A stretch of 39,617 bases of DNA from the NCBI GenBank assembly GCA_024404665.1, contig JAKSPQ010000001.1:1-39617 (forward strand). The letters run 5' to 3'. A program made the translations under genes and the position numbers. This DNA comes from Clostridia bacterium. Its GTDB lineage: Bacteria > Bacillota > Clostridia > Oscillospirales > CAG-272. Below the pieces are notes generated by a model, which made no database searches, was not told the origin of the DNA, and saw nothing but the letters and a program-made list of their open reading frames with translations. Shown here piece after piece: positions 1-9,793 of the stretch (positions are counted from its first letter, which is position 1; each line of letters starts with the position of its first letter).

Positions 1-6
1 TTTCAT
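1..6 (-). CDS. Possible first two codons (ATG AAA) of a leftward gene that runs off the window
   Basis: Minus-strand ATG at 6..4. An SD-like GAGGGTGGTGG (reverse complement of 15..25) lies 8 nt upstream. Only two codons are visible, so the product cannot be called. Confidence 0.25.
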
Positions 7-156
7 ACTAAATTCCACCACCCTCTTACTGTAGAAGTTACTTTGAAAATTTACAGTTGATTGAACGGTTACAATAACTGTGTTCCCGTGAATAATAAGA
101 TTGACAGAGCTCGTCAACTCAACAGACAATCCTTCAGAGCTTTTTGTTAATCCCGG

Positions 157-205
157 AAAAAAACCGGATTGTCCGTCCAAATATGCGGGCAATCCGGATT
201 TTTTC
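157..205. terminator. Bidirectional intrinsic terminator 3' of carB
   Basis: The stem pairs 164-175 ccggattgtccg with 186-197 cgggcaatccgg (one G-U). An A-run at 157-163 and a T-run at 199-204 flank it, so it reads as hairpin plus U-tract on both strands. It lies about 40 nt downstream of the carB stop. Confidence 0.6.
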
Positions 206-246
206 AATAGATTCGGCCTGAGAAAAGCCTTGTTTGAATTTGTGTT

Positions 247-3200
247 TCAGCAGTTTATAGTGTCAACTCTGAATGTTACCTCTTCAAGAACGTCAAGGAA
301 GACGCGGACAGTATCGAGCGATGTGAACATCGTGACTCCGTTCTGTATGGCGGTCGCTCGGATGGCCTCGCCGTCAACGTAATGAATGCCCGAAAGGATC
401 GCGCGGGTGTTTATTACGTAGCTCACTCTGCCGGAGCGGATGGAGTCGAGGATTTCCTCGCTGCCCTCGCTGAGCTTGCGGCGGACTCTTGTACGCACGC
501 CGGCAGCCTTGAGATACTCTGCAGTCAGGGACGTTGCCTCTATCGAGAAGCCCATGTCGTAGAAGCGCTTGGCGAGCGGGATACCCTCCGCCTTGTCTTC
601 ATCGGCGAGAGAGACGATGACGGTGCCGTGGCTTCCGAGCTTCATTCCGGAAGCCAGAAACGCCTTGTAAAGAGCGCGATGCAGCTTTGCGTCATAACCG
701 ATGGCTTCTCCGGTGGATTTCATCTCGGGAGAGAGGTAGGAATCCATTCCGTGCAGCTTGGAGAAGGAAAATGCGGGAGCTTTTACATACCATTTTGAAG
801 CGATATGCTCTGTTTCGCAGTCGATGCCCTGCTCGTCGAGGCTCTTCCCGAGAATGACAAGGGTGGCTATGTCGGCAAGACTGAAGCCGGTGGCCTTCGA
901 GAGGAACGGGACGGATCTCCAGGAGCGCGGATTGACCTCAATAATGTACACGTCATCATTATCGTCAACGATGAACTGAATGTTGAAAAGACCTATGATT
1001 CCGCAGCCGAGACCGAGCTTGACGGTATAATCCTTTATTGTGCTTCTGACCTTTTCCGAAACGCTGAACGTGGGATAAACGCTCACCGAGTCGCCGGAAT
1101 GGACTCCGGTTCGCTCGACAAGCTCCATGATGCCGGGGATGAATACCTTTTTGCCGTCGCAGATTGCATCAACCTCGAGCTCTTTGCCGCGGATGTACTT
1201 GTCAACCAGGACGGGCTTGTCGACATCGATTTTTACCGCAGTGTTGAGGTAATGACGCAGGTCCTTCTCCTTGGCAACTATCTGCATCGCGCGTCCGCCC
1301 AGAACAAAGGAGGGGCGAACAAGAACCGGATAGCCGATTTCGGCGGCGGCGCGGACGCCGTCCTCGATATTTGTGACAGCCATTCCGCGCGGCTCGGGAA
1401 TATTCAGCTTCTCCAGAAGCTTTTCGAAGACATCGCGGTTTTCGGCCTTCTCGATGGCGGCGCAGACTGTTCCTATGATTTTTACTCCGTAGCTGTCAAG
1501 CGGCTCCGCAAGGTTAACGGCCGTCTGGCCGCCCAGAGAGACGATGACGCCGTACGGCTTTTCGAATTCGATAATATTAAGGGTATCCTCAGTAGTCAGA
1601 GGCTCAAAATAAAGCTTGTCTGACGTTGTATAGTCCGTGGAAACGGTTTCGGGGTTATTGTTGATGACGATGGCTTCAAAGCCGTTTTCTTTTATGGTCT
1701 TCACGGCGTGAACGGTAGAATAATCGAATTCAACGCCCTGGCCGATGCGGATGGGGCCTGAACCCAGAACGATGATTTTCTTCCTTCCGGAATCCAGCGA
1801 TTCGTTTTCCTCCTCATATGTCGAATAGAAGTAAGGAACGTAGCTTGAAAATTCGCTCGCGCAGGTGTCGATCATCTTATACACGGGCTTTATTCCGCAG
1901 GCTTTCCTGAATTCTCTGACCTCGCGTTCGGTTTTTCCCGTGAGCTTGGCGATGTACTTGTCTCCGAAGCCGGTCTTTTTGGCTTTTAACAGTATTGCTT
2001 CCGAAAGACCCGATTCCGCGATTTCCTTCTCGGTATCGACAATGTTTCTGAATTTGCGGATGAAGAATACATCGATGAGAGTGCGGGAGGCCAGCTCTTC
2101 GCAGGAGATTCCGCGGCGAAGCAGTTCTGCGACGGCGAAAATTCTGTCATCGGTGCCGATTTTTATGTATTCGAGCATTTCCTCCGTGGAGGCGCCGTCG
2201 AACTTGGCCATCCACAGATGATTGGCTCCGGCTTCAAGCGAGCGTATGGCCTTGAGCAGGCTTTCCTCAAGAGTGCGGCCTATGCTCATGGTTTCGCCGG
2301 TGGCCTTCATCTGAGTATTCAGACTGTTGTCCGCCGATGTAAACTTGTCAAACGGGAAGCGCGGCATTTTCGTAACGACATAGTCGAGAGCAGGCTCAAA
2401 GGACGCCATCGTGTTCGCAAGCCTGATTTCATCGAGTCTCATGCCTACGGCAATTTTTGCGGACACTCTTGCGATGGGGTACCCGGAGGCCTTTGAGGCG
2501 AGGGCGGAGGAGCGCGAAACGCGGGGGTTGACCTCTATGACGTAGTAGCGGAACGAGTGCGGGTCCAAAGCAAACTGAACGTTGCAGCCTCCCTCTATTT
2601 TAAGCTCTCGGATGATGCGGAGGGCGGCATCGCGGAGCATGTGATATTCCTTATTGGTCAGAGTCTGGGAGGGACATACAACAATGGAGTCTCCGGTATG
2701 GATGCCGACGGGATCGATATTCTCCATATTGCAGACGGTTATGGCGGTATCGTTGCCGTCGCGGATTACTTCATACTCGATTTCCTTGTATCCCTTGACG
2801 CTCTTCTCGATGAGAACCTGGTGCACGGGGGAGAGCTTGAACGCATTCTTGCCGATTTCGCGGAGCTCAGCCTCGTTATATGCAAAGCCTCCTCCGGTTC
2901 CTCCGAGCGTGAATGCCGGGCGCAGAACCACGGGATAACCGATATTTCCTGCGGCCATGACGGCTTCATCGAGGTTATATGTAATCTGAGAGGGGATTAC
3001 GGGCTCTCCGAGCTTCAGACAGAGCTCCTTGAAAAGCTCACGGTCCTCAGCGCGGTTGATGCTGTCGCTGCCGGTTCCGAGCAGCTCGACGCCGCATTCC
3101 TCAAGTACGCCGTCCTTCTGAAGCTCTATTGCCAGGTTTAAGCCTGTCTGTCCGCCGATGCCGGGCAGGAGAGCGTCGGGACGCTCCTTGCGTATGATTT

Positions 3201-3426
3201 TGCCGACGAATTCGGTGGTGAGAGGCTCCATATATACCTTATCGGCGATGGTGGTGTCAGTCATGATGGTGGCGGGATTGGAATTGCAGAGAATAACCTC
3301 ATAGCCCTCCTCGCGCAGAGCGAGGCAGGCCTGCGTGCCGGCATAGTCGAACTCTGCCGCCTGGCCGATTACTATCGGACCCGAGCCTATGACAAGGACT
3401 CTCTTTATATCCGTTCTCTTAGGCAT
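247..3426 (-). CDS. carB: Carbamoyl-phosphate synthase large subunit
   Basis: 1059 aa. Two duplicated ATP-grasp halves each open with the hallmark motif ([24 protein letters not shown] and [24 protein letters not shown]). A C-terminal MGS-like domain is present. The start overlaps the carA stop. Confidence 0.97.
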   Translation of the reverse strand: MPKRTDIKRVLVIGSGPIVIGQAAEFDYAGTQACLALREEGYEVILCNSNPATIMTDTTIADKVYMEPLTTEFVGKIIRKERPDALLPGIGGQTGLNLAIELQKDGVLEECGVELLGTGSDSINRAEDRELFKELCLKLGEPVIPSQITYNLDEAVMAAGNIGYPVVLRPAFTLGGTGGGFAYNEAELREIGKNAFKLSPVHQVLIEKSVKGYKEIEYEVIRDGNDTAITVCNMENIDPVGIHTGDSIVVCPSQTLTNKEYHMLRDAALRIIRELKIEGGCNVQFALDPHSFRYYVIEVNPRVSRSSALASKASGYPIARVSAKIAVGMRLDEIRLANTMASFEPALDYVVTKMPRFPFDKFTSADNSLNTQMKATGETMSIGRTLEESLLKAIRSLEAGANHLWMAKFDGASTEEMLEYIKIGTDDRIFAVAELLRRGISCEELASRTLIDVFFIRKFRNIVDTEKEIAESGLSEAILLKAKKTGFGDKYIAKLTGKTEREVREFRKACGIKPVYKMIDTCASEFSSYVPYFYSTYEEENESLDSGRKKIIVLGSGPIRIGQGVEFDYSTVHAVKTIKENGFEAIVINNNPETVSTDYTTSDKLYFEPLTTEDTLNIIEFEKPYGVIVSLGGQTAVNLAEPLDSYGVKIIGTVCAAIEKAENRDVFEKLLEKLNIPEPRGMAVTNIEDGVRAAAEIGYPVLVRPSFVLGGRAMQIVAKEKDLRHYLNTAVKIDVDKPVLVDKYIRGKELEVDAICDGKKVFIPGIMELVERTGVHSGDSVSVYPTFSVSEKVRSTIKDYTVKLGLGCGIIGLFNIQFIVDDNDDVYIIEVNPRSWRSVPFLSKATGFSLADIATLVILGKSLDEQGIDCETEHIASKWYVKAPAFSFSKLHGMDSYLSPEMKSTGEAIGYDAKLHRALYKAFLASGMKLGSHGTVIVSLADEDKAEGIPLAKRFYDMGFSIEATSLTAEYLKAAGVRTRVRRKLSEGSEEILDSIRSGRVSYVINTRAILSGIHYVDGEAIRATAIQNGVTMFTSLDTVRVFLDVLEEVTFRVDTINC

Positions 3427-4520
3427 TGGTTTTTCTCCTTTCTGAATCCATCGGTTAATTTAAGAAATTTGTCGAAAAGATAGCTGCTGTCCTGGGGACC
3501 GGGAGCGCTTTCTGGGTGATACTGAACGGAGAACACTCTTTTTTCCGCATTCTCCAGTCCTTCAACCGTGTTGTCCAGAAGATTCATGTGGCTGACTATG
3601 AGGCCCGTGCCTTCAAGGCTTTCGGGATCAACAGCATAGGAGTGATTCTGGGATGTGATCTCAATTTTGCCGGTCTCAAGATTTTTTACCGGATGGTTTC
3701 CGCCTCTGTGGCCGAATTTCAGCTTGTATGTGTGAGCACCGGAGGCCAGCGCAATAATCTGATGTCCCAGGCAGATACCGAATACGGGCAGCCTTCCGAG
3801 CAGCGTTTTTACGGTTGCTACGGTTTCGGTGCAGCTCTCCGGGTCACCGGGACCGTTCGAGATGAACAGTCCGTCGGGATCGCAGGACATGATTTTTTCA
3901 GGTGACGCGTTCCACGGCACGACTGTTACTGTGCAATCGCGTTTTATGAATTCTCTTACTATATTCTTCTTCATTCCGCAATCGATGGCGACTATTCTTC
4001 TGCGTCCGCTGCCTGCGGTATAGCTCTTCGGCGTGCTTACAGTAGCGACGGCATCGGTTTTATATTCCGCCTCCGCGATTTTGTTAAGCGCTTCGGGGAC
4101 TGTGGTTCCGGCATCGCAGAGTATTGCTTTGCAGCTTCCGTTGTCTCTTATATGTCTTCCGAGCTTTCTTGTATCTATACCGCTGAGTCCCGTGATGTCA
4201 TATCTTTTCATAACCTCGGAGAGGGTTTCGGCGCATCTGAAGTTCGAGGGCTCATCGCAGTACTCTTTGCATATGAGAGCAGATACGGAGGGACGGTCGG
4301 TCTCGTAGTCATCGTCGCAGATTCCGTAATTGCCGATGAGGGGGTAGGTCATAACGACCGCCTGATATGTATATGAGGGGTCTGATATTATTTCCTGATA
4401 GCCCACCATCGAGGTATTGAAGACAATTTCGACGCATTTTTCGGTGTCGGCGCCAAAGGAGCTTCCTATATATTCGGAGCCGTCCTCAAGAACCAGCTTT
4501 ATTTTTTTGTTCTGTTCCAT
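3405..4520 (-). CDS. carA: Carbamoyl-phosphate synthase small (glutaminase) subunit
   Basis: 371 aa. It carries the class I amidotransferase triad context (VFGICLGHQ and VQYHPES). A GAGG SD lies 8 nt upstream. It overlaps carB by 22 nt. Confidence 0.95.
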   Translation of the reverse strand: MEQNKKIKLVLEDGSEYIGSSFGADTEKCVEIVFNTSMVGYQEIISDPSYTYQAVVMTYPLIGNYGICDDDYETDRPSVSALICKEYCDEPSNFRCAETLSEVMKRYDITGLSGIDTRKLGRHIRDNGSCKAILCDAGTTVPEALNKIAEAEYKTDAVATVSTPKSYTAGSGRRRIVAIDCGMKKNIVREFIKRDCTVTVVPWNASPEKIMSCDPDGLFISNGPGDPESCTETVATVKTLLGRLPVFGICLGHQIIALASGAHTYKLKFGHRGGNHPVKNLETGKIEITSQNHSYAVDPESLEGTGLIVSHMNLLDNTVEGLENAEKRVFSVQYHPESAPGPQDSSYLFDKFLKLTDGFRKEKNQCLRERI

Positions 4521-4532
4521 TTTTAAGCCTCA

Positions 4533-5912
4533 TTAAACGGGGTAATTGTTATCAAAACAGGCTTTGCACAGCGACAGCCCGCCTGTCATTTTTTCAAGAT
4601 CCTCAAGCTTCATGTATCCTAAGGAGTCAGCGCCTATCCTCTGGCGTATTTCCTCCGTGGAGTGCTCGCTTGCCAGCAGCTGTGAGTTGTTCGGGACATC
4701 GGTGCCGTAGTAGCAGGGATAGAGGAACGGGGGGGAGCTTATGCGCACGTGAACCTCTTTGGCACCGGCTTTTCTCATTTCGTCAATCAGGCCCGCCATT
4801 GTAGTGCCTCGGACTATGGAATCATCTACAAGGACCACGCGCTTGCCTCTTACGACCTCCTCGATTACGCGGAGCTTCATATGGACTGCGGAGATTCTCT
4901 CGCTTTGGTCGGGCTTTATAAAGGTCCTTCCGACATAGTTGTTCTTGGCAAACGCAAGTCGGAAGGGAAGTCCTGCAGCCTCCGAATAGCCTGCAGCGGC
5001 AGCCAGACCTGAATCCGGGACGCCGGTTACGACATCGGCTTCAACCGGATAGCGCTCGGCAAGAGCTCTGCCCCCGCGAACGCGGGCATCATATACGCTG
5101 ACGCCGTCGATTACCGAATCAAGTCTCGCAAAATAAATGTATTCAAATACGCAGTGAGCCTTCTTTGAGGCCTGTGCGAAGTTGTTCGATTTAATTCCTT
5201 CTTTGGTTATGGTTACTATTTCGCCGGGCTCAACGTCTCTTACAAAATCCGCTCCTACGGCCGCAAGCGCGGTACTCTCAGACGCAAGAATATAGGCAGA
5301 ACCTCTTCTGCCTATACACAGCGGCTTGAGACCCAGCGGATCGCGCACGCCTGTCAGCTTCTGAGGACTTAAGAGAAGCAGGCAATAGCCGCCCTTCAGT
5401 TCTCTTGCGACACGGGCTGCGGCCTCCTCGATAGAGGCGGCTCTCATGCGTTCGCGGGCTATTTTGTAAGCAATGACCTCCGAATCGGTAGTTCCGCCGA
5501 AAATTGCACCCTCGTCCTGAAGCTCGCGGCGGAAGGTTTCGGCATTTGTGATGTTGCCGTTGTGCGCAAGAGCCAGGGTGCCCTTAGAGTAGTTCAGAAA
5601 TATCGGCTGGGCGTTTTCCTCTATACTGCCGCCCGTTGTCGAATATCTTACATGACCTATTCCGATGTTCCCTCTCAGCTTTTCAAGCGTGGTGCTGCGG
5701 AAGACCTCGCTGACGAGGCCCATGCCCTTGTGTGCGCTGATATTTCCGATAGGTCCCATTGTATCGCAGGTAACGATGCCGGCGGATTCCTGTCCGCGGT
5801 GTTGAAGGGCAATAAGGCCGCAGTATATCATTTCTGCGGCCTTAAGCTTCTCGGGACTCCAGACTCCGAAAACGCCGCATTCCTCGTGCAGACCGGTGGT
5901 GTCATTGGTCAT
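4533..5912 (-). CDS. purF: Amidophosphoribosyltransferase (glutamine PRPP amidotransferase)
   Basis: The protein opens MTNDTTGLHEECGVFGVW, a short propeptide followed by the Ntn Cys. It has a PRPP loop (VVLVDDSIVRGTT) and a C-terminal Cys cluster (CKACFDNNYP). I chose the ATG at 5912 (AAGGAAG SD upstream) rather than the ORF-track start at 6257. That start would add 115 low-complexity residues and overlap asnB. Confidence 0.92.
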   Translation of the reverse strand: MTNDTTGLHEECGVFGVWSPEKLKAAEMIYCGLIALQHRGQESAGIVTCDTMGPIGNISAHKGMGLVSEVFRSTTLEKLRGNIGIGHVRYSTTGGSIEENAQPIFLNYSKGTLALAHNGNITNAETFRRELQDEGAIFGGTTDSEVIAYKIARERMRAASIEEAAARVARELKGGYCLLLLSPQKLTGVRDPLGLKPLCIGRRGSAYILASESTALAAVGADFVRDVEPGEIVTITKEGIKSNNFAQASKKAHCVFEYIYFARLDSVIDGVSVYDARVRGGRALAERYPVEADVVTGVPDSGLAAAAGYSEAAGLPFRLAFAKNNYVGRTFIKPDQSERISAVHMKLRVIEEVVRGKRVVLVDDSIVRGTTMAGLIDEMRKAGAKEVHVRISSPPFLYPCYYGTDVPNNSQLLASEHSTEEIRQRIGADSLGYMKLEDLEKMTGGLSLCKACFDNNYPV

Positions 5913-6024
5913 AGTTTTATTCTTCCTTATCCTGTGTTTTTTTGGAACGCAGCCGCGCGCTTGGTTGCTGCACGGCTGCTGCTTTTCGGTACGGATGGCG
6001 TACCGTACAGTGCGGGGCAGGAGA

Positions 6025-7608
6025 TCAGACTCCGGAGGCTCCGTAGTTCGACAGCACTCTTGCGGAGGGATCGTTGACGTTGCAGCCCTCCCACTCCCTG
6101 TTGGGCATCCAGAAGTCTGCAACCATCTCGGCCTGTCCCGGATAATACTTTTCAAAGATTTCGCGGTACAGGAGCGATTCCTTTGTAAACGGTGTCGAGA
6201 ATGTATATTTTCTGCGTTTTTCCTCGTATTCTTCTTCAGTATAGCAACTCTCCGCATATTCCTTTAGGTCATCCACCATGGAGTGACCCACGGCATCCGA
6301 GAAGGCGGCCTTCTGTCTCCAGAGAATGGATTCGGGGAGAAGCCTGTCGTCCTCAAAGGCGTGGCGGAGGAGGTATTTACCCATTCCGTATGTGTTGAGC
6401 TTCTTTTCGGGATCGACTGACATTACATATTCGACAAAATCAAGATCTCCGAACGGAACGCGTGCCTCAAGAGAGTTGGAGGAAATGCATCTGTCGGCTC
6501 TGAGTACGTCGTACATATGAAGCTCTCTTATGCGCTTCTGCGCTTCCTTCTGGAAAGCATCGGCGGAAGGGGCAAAGTCTGTATATTTGTATCCGAAGAG
6601 CTCATCGGAGATTTCGCCGGTGAGAAGCACCCGGATATCGGTGTTTTCGTGAATCCATTTGCAGAGCAGATACATACCCATGCTCGCGCGGATTGTCGTG
6701 ATGTCATAGGTCCCGAGAATTCGGATGACCTCCTCAAGAGAAGAGAGCACCTGCTCCTTGGTCATGTATACCTCGGTGTGATCGCTGCCGATGAAATCGG
6801 CAACCTGCTTTGCGTATTTGAGGTCTATAGCGTCCTTATCCATACCGATGGCAAAGGTCTTGATCGGCGCGGAGGATTTCCTTGCAGCGATGGCGCATAC
6901 AAGAGAGGAATCCAGTCCTCCGGAGAGAAGGAAGCCGACTTTTGCGTCCGCAACCAGACGCTTGTCAACGCCGGCTGTGAGCTTTTCGTTGATTTTTTTG
7001 CAGACGGTTTCAAGATCGTCATGTGAATAAACCGGAGCATCCTCTATTTTGCGATAGCAGACGAAGCTGCCGTCTATGTAGTAGTGTCCGGGAGGGAAGG
7101 GCATGATTTTGTCGCAGATTCCGGTGAGGTTTTTGGGCTCGCTGGCAAAGACGACGGTTCCGGCGGCATCGTAGCCGTAGTACAGGGGACGGATTCCGAT
7201 GGGATCGCGGGCAGCGATGTATTTTCCGGACTGTCCGTCGTAGATGATGAGGGCGTATTCGGCATCGAGCATTGCGAACATGTCCGTGCCGTATTCGCGG
7301 TAGAGGGGAAGAAGGATTTCGCAGTCGGAATCCGATTTGAAGGTGTAGCCTTTTGCTTCAAGCGAATCTCTGAGGGCCTTAAAGCCGTAGATTTCGCCGT
7401 TGCAGACAACGTAGCTTCCGTCTGCCTCGAAGGGCTGCATGCCTTCCGGAGTCAGGCCCATGATGGCAAGGCGGTGGAAGCCGAGGACGCCGTCTCCGGT
7501 TTCGATAATCCTGCAGTCATCGGGACCGCGGGATATGGTTTGGTCAAAGCCTTCTTTAAACAGCGGAAAGTCGATGCATTTCCCGCAATATCCGATGATG
7601 GAACACAT
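6025..7608 (-). CDS. asnB: Asparagine synthase (glutamine-hydrolysing)
   Basis: 527 aa. It has the N-terminal MCSIIGY nucleophile (Cys2) and the PP-loop LLSGGLDSSLV. An AAAGGAG SD lies upstream. Confidence 0.93.
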   Translation of the reverse strand: MCSIIGYCGKCIDFPLFKEGFDQTISRGPDDCRIIETGDGVLGFHRLAIMGLTPEGMQPFEADGSYVVCNGEIYGFKALRDSLEAKGYTFKSDSDCEILLPLYREYGTDMFAMLDAEYALIIYDGQSGKYIAARDPIGIRPLYYGYDAAGTVVFASEPKNLTGICDKIMPFPPGHYYIDGSFVCYRKIEDAPVYSHDDLETVCKKINEKLTAGVDKRLVADAKVGFLLSGGLDSSLVCAIAARKSSAPIKTFAIGMDKDAIDLKYAKQVADFIGSDHTEVYMTKEQVLSSLEEVIRILGTYDITTIRASMGMYLLCKWIHENTDIRVLLTGEISDELFGYKYTDFAPSADAFQKEAQKRIRELHMYDVLRADRCISSNSLEARVPFGDLDFVEYVMSVDPEKKLNTYGMGKYLLRHAFEDDRLLPESILWRQKAAFSDAVGHSMVDDLKEYAESCYTEEEYEEKRRKYTFSTPFTKESLLYREIFEKYYPGQAEMVADFWMPNREWEGCNVNDPSARVLSNYGASGV

Positions 7609-7622
7609 TTTTTATCTCCTTT

Positions 7623-7657
7623 GCTCCTTTTTTGAAAAGGAGCGTTTTTCTCTTTTT
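7623..7657 (+). terminator. Terminator-shaped hairpin plus T-tract, oriented antisense to asnB, just beyond the asnB start codon
   Basis: The hairpin is gctcctttt-ttg-aaaaggagc (7623-7643), followed by gtttttctcttttt. On the asnB (minus) strand the same hairpin is preceded by an A-tract and followed directly by the SD, so there it is not a terminator. Confidence 0.45.
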
Positions 7658-7668
7658 ACATAGGATTG

Positions 7669-7698
7669 CCGTCTCGACGGTTTTCACCGTCGAGACGG
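7669..7698. other. Perfect 12-bp inverted repeat / hairpin in the asnB upstream region
   Basis: Sequence is ccgtctcgacgg-ttttca-ccgtcgagacgg. There is no convincing U-tract on the minus strand. Function is unknown. Confidence 0.6.
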
Positions 7699-7716
7699 TA
7701 TTATTCGGTTAAATTT

Positions 7717-7985
7717 GATGACGCTCCGTCACCTATGCCTGAGTGTCGGCGATTATAATAGATGCGACCGAAGGCGGTTTGCGTTAGCAAATCGATGACG
7801 CTCCGTCACCTATGCCTGAGTGTCGACGATTATAATAGATGCGACCGAAGGCGGTTTGCGTTAGCAAATCGATGACGTTCCGTCACCTATGCCTGAGTGT
7901 CGGCGATTATAATAGATGCGACCGAAGGCGGTTTGCGTTAGCAAATCGATGACGCTCCGTCATCGAAGCCTGAGTGTCGACGATT
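7717..7985. repeat. Tandem direct repeat, 77-bp unit x about 3.5
   Basis: Units start at 7717, 7794, 7871 and 7948 (the last is partial). The unit is gatgacgctccgtcacctatgcctgagtgtcggcgattataatagatgcgaccgaaggcggtttgcgttagcaaatc. Full units differ by single substitutions (gtcggc/gtcgac, gacgctcc/gacgttcc). Each unit contains three short hairpins: gatgacg-ctc-cgtcac, accg-aagg-cggt and ggtttgc-gtta-gcaaatc. Confidence 0.92.
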
Positions 7986-8010
7986 TCAAAAGTCATGTTG
8001 ACTTTTGAAA
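7984..8010 (-). terminator. Hairpin abutting the amt-PII stop codon (weak terminator, no U-tract)
   Basis: Sequence is tttcaaaagtca-tgt-tgacttttgaaa, a perfect 12-bp AT-rich stem. On the minus strand it is followed by tcgtcgac, so read-through into the repeats and asnB is plausible. Confidence 0.4.
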
Positions 8011-9768
8011 TCATTCTACATCCTGCAGCGCTTCGTAGCCTTCCTCACCGGTGCGGACCTTTACGACGTTTTCAACATCGTAAACAAAGATCTTGCCGTC
8101 GCCGATGTGACCGGTGTAGAGAACTCTCTTGGCGGTCTCTATGACGCTGCGGACGGGAACCTTGCTGACAACGATGTCAACCTGAACCTTAGGCAGCAGG
8201 CTTGCTTCGATTGCAACTCCGCGGTAATACTCGGGCTTGCCCTTCTGAACACCGCAGCCGAGAACGTGCGACACCGTCATGCCGGTGATGCCGATCTCCA
8301 TCATAGCGCTCTTAAGCGTTTCAAGCTTGGCTTCCTTGCATATGATTTCGACCTTGGTGAATTTGGGAGATCCGTCGTCGAAGGTGGGAACCTTCTTTAC
8401 GGGAACCGCCTCGGCAACCGGTGTATCGCCGGAAACCGCAACAGCGGGCTCTTCAAAGCCGTAATCGATGCTTTCGACAGCGGGAACAAAGTCTGCATAC
8501 GCACTGGGCAGACCGTGCTCGGTGCTGTCAAGGCCCTTGATTTCTTCTTCGGCGGAAACGCGGAGACCGACAGTCTTCTTGATAAGCATGAATACGAGGA
8601 ACATCATGATTCCGGTCCATGCAAGGATGCATACGATACCGAGAACCTGAACACCGAGTAGTCTGAAATCACCGGTGTAGAGGAGGCCCTTAAGACCGGC
8701 GGGAGCATTCGGGTTGGAGAGCAGACCTACGGCGATTGTGCCCCAGACACCGTTGGCAAAGTGAACGGCAACAGCACCGACGGGATCGTCGATGTGGAGC
8801 TTGAGGTCGAGCAGCTCAACAACAACTACTACAAGGATACCGGAAACAAGACCGATAACGGCAGCGCCGATGGCATCGACGGAATCGCAGCCCGCGGTTA
8901 CGCCTACGAGTCCGGCGAGGGAGCCGTTCAGACACATGGAAACATCGGGCTTGCCGTTTTTAACCCATGTGTAAATCATGGTGGCAACGGTTGCCACGGA
9001 GGGAGCGATGGTGGTTGTTACAAAGATTGAGGCGAGAGAGGGGTTATCCCAGGCGGCGGCACCGTTGAAGCCGTACCAGCCGAACCAGAGGATGAAGCAG
9101 CCGAGAGCTCCGAGAGTTACGGAGTGACCGGGGATCGCGTTTACCTTAGTGACCTTGCCGGTCTTGTCCTTGACGTACTTGCCGAGACGGGGACCCAGCA
9201 TCATCGCGCCGATCAGAGCGGTGATTCCGCCGACGGAGTGAATGGCGGCCGAGCCTGCGAAATCGTGGAAGCCCATCTGTGCGAGCCAGCCCTGGGAGTT
9301 CCATACCCAGCCGGCCTCGATGGGATATACAAAGAGTGAAATTGCTGCGGAATAAATGCAGTAGGAAAGGAACTTGGTTCTTTCCGCCATTGCACCGGAA
9401 ACGATTGTTGCCGCGGTGGCGCAGAACACGAGGTTAAATACAAAGGAGGTTGCCTGACCGCCGGTTATGAATGAACCGAAATCGGTGAAAAGCTGCATAT
9501 TGGGAACACCGATGACGCCGAAGAGATAATTCTCGGACATCATAAGGCTGAAGCCTATTACCATGAAAAGAACGCAGCCGATGCAGAAGTCCATAAGGTT
9601 CTTCATGATAATGTTTCCGGCGTTCTTGGCTCTTGTAAAGCCTGTCTCAACCATTGCGAAGCCGGCCTGCATAAAGAATATGAGGGCGGTTCCTATCAGG
9701 ATCCAGATGCCGTACGCTTCTTTCGATACGGCATCACCGATTAATTTGGTGATTTCTTCTATTCCCAT
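8011..9768 (-). CDS. amt: Ammonium transporter (Amt) fused to a C-terminal PII (GlnK/GlnB-like) signal-transduction domain
   Basis: 585 aa. The N-terminal ~410 aa form a polytopic Amt (FFMQAGFAMVETG, multiple TM segments). An acidic/Pro-rich linker follows. The last ~115 aa are a PII fold with a T-loop-like GCGVQKGKPEYYRG and DGKIFVYDV. The start lies only 25 nt downstream of the glnN stop. Confidence 0.92.
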   Translation of the reverse strand: MGIEEITKLIGDAVSKEAYGIWILIGTALIFFMQAGFAMVETGFTRAKNAGNIIMKNLMDFCIGCVLFMVIGFSLMMSENYLFGVIGVPNMQLFTDFGSFITGGQATSFVFNLVFCATAATIVSGAMAERTKFLSYCIYSAAISLFVYPIEAGWVWNSQGWLAQMGFHDFAGSAAIHSVGGITALIGAMMLGPRLGKYVKDKTGKVTKVNAIPGHSVTLGALGCFILWFGWYGFNGAAAWDNPSLASIFVTTTIAPSVATVATMIYTWVKNGKPDVSMCLNGSLAGLVGVTAGCDSVDAIGAAVIGLVSGILVVVVVELLDLKLHIDDPVGAVAVHFANGVWGTIAVGLLSNPNAPAGLKGLLYTGDFRLLGVQVLGIVCILAWTGIMMFLVFMLIKKTVGLRVSAEEEIKGLDSTEHGLPSAYADFVPAVESIDYGFEEPAVAVSGDTPVAEAVPVKKVPTFDDGSPKFTKVEIICKEAKLETLKSAMMEIGITGMTVSHVLGCGVQKGKPEYYRGVAIEASLLPKVQVDIVVSKVPVRSVIETAKRVLYTGHIGDGKIFVYDVENVVKVRTGEEGYEALQDVE

Positions 9769-9793
9769 TGTTCGTTACTTCCTTTTGTCGTTT

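Noticed and set aside
101-382. 93-aa plus-strand ORF at the left end
   Set aside because: It runs through the bidirectional terminator and into the 3' end of carB on the opposite strand. It has no SD or motifs.
5913-6024. Possible purine, PRPP or ZTP riboswitch in the asnB-purF intergenic region
   Set aside because: Two GC-rich hairpins are present (gtacgg/ccgtac and gcagccg/cggctgc). None of the conserved cores I know for purine, ZTP or PRPP riboswitches is visible, and no U-tract follows on the sense strand.
5913-6257. N-terminal 115-aa extension of the purF ORF (ORF-track start at 6257)
   Set aside because: The extension is Arg/Pro/Thr-rich and low-complexity. It overlaps the 3' end of asnB in another frame and has no SD. 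The internal ATG at 5912 has an AAGGAAG SD and gives the expected short propeptide before the catalytic Cys.
6025-7608. asnB as the lasso-peptide cyclase partner of the HprK-like kinase and nucleotidyltransferase
   Set aside because: It keeps the glutaminase nucleophile Cys2 (MCSIIGY) typical of housekeeping AsnB. It lies 19 kb away in a GC-rich nitrogen operon, and no lasso B1/B2 genes exist in the window. The AT-rich operon is therefore not a lasso cluster.
7717-7985. The tandem repeat as a CRISPR array or as tRNA genes
   Set aside because: The entire 77-bp unit repeats head-to-tail with no unique spacers, and no cas genes are present. Despite the tRNA-like length there is no acceptor-stem pairing, no T-loop GGTTCGAATCC-like box and no cloverleaf.
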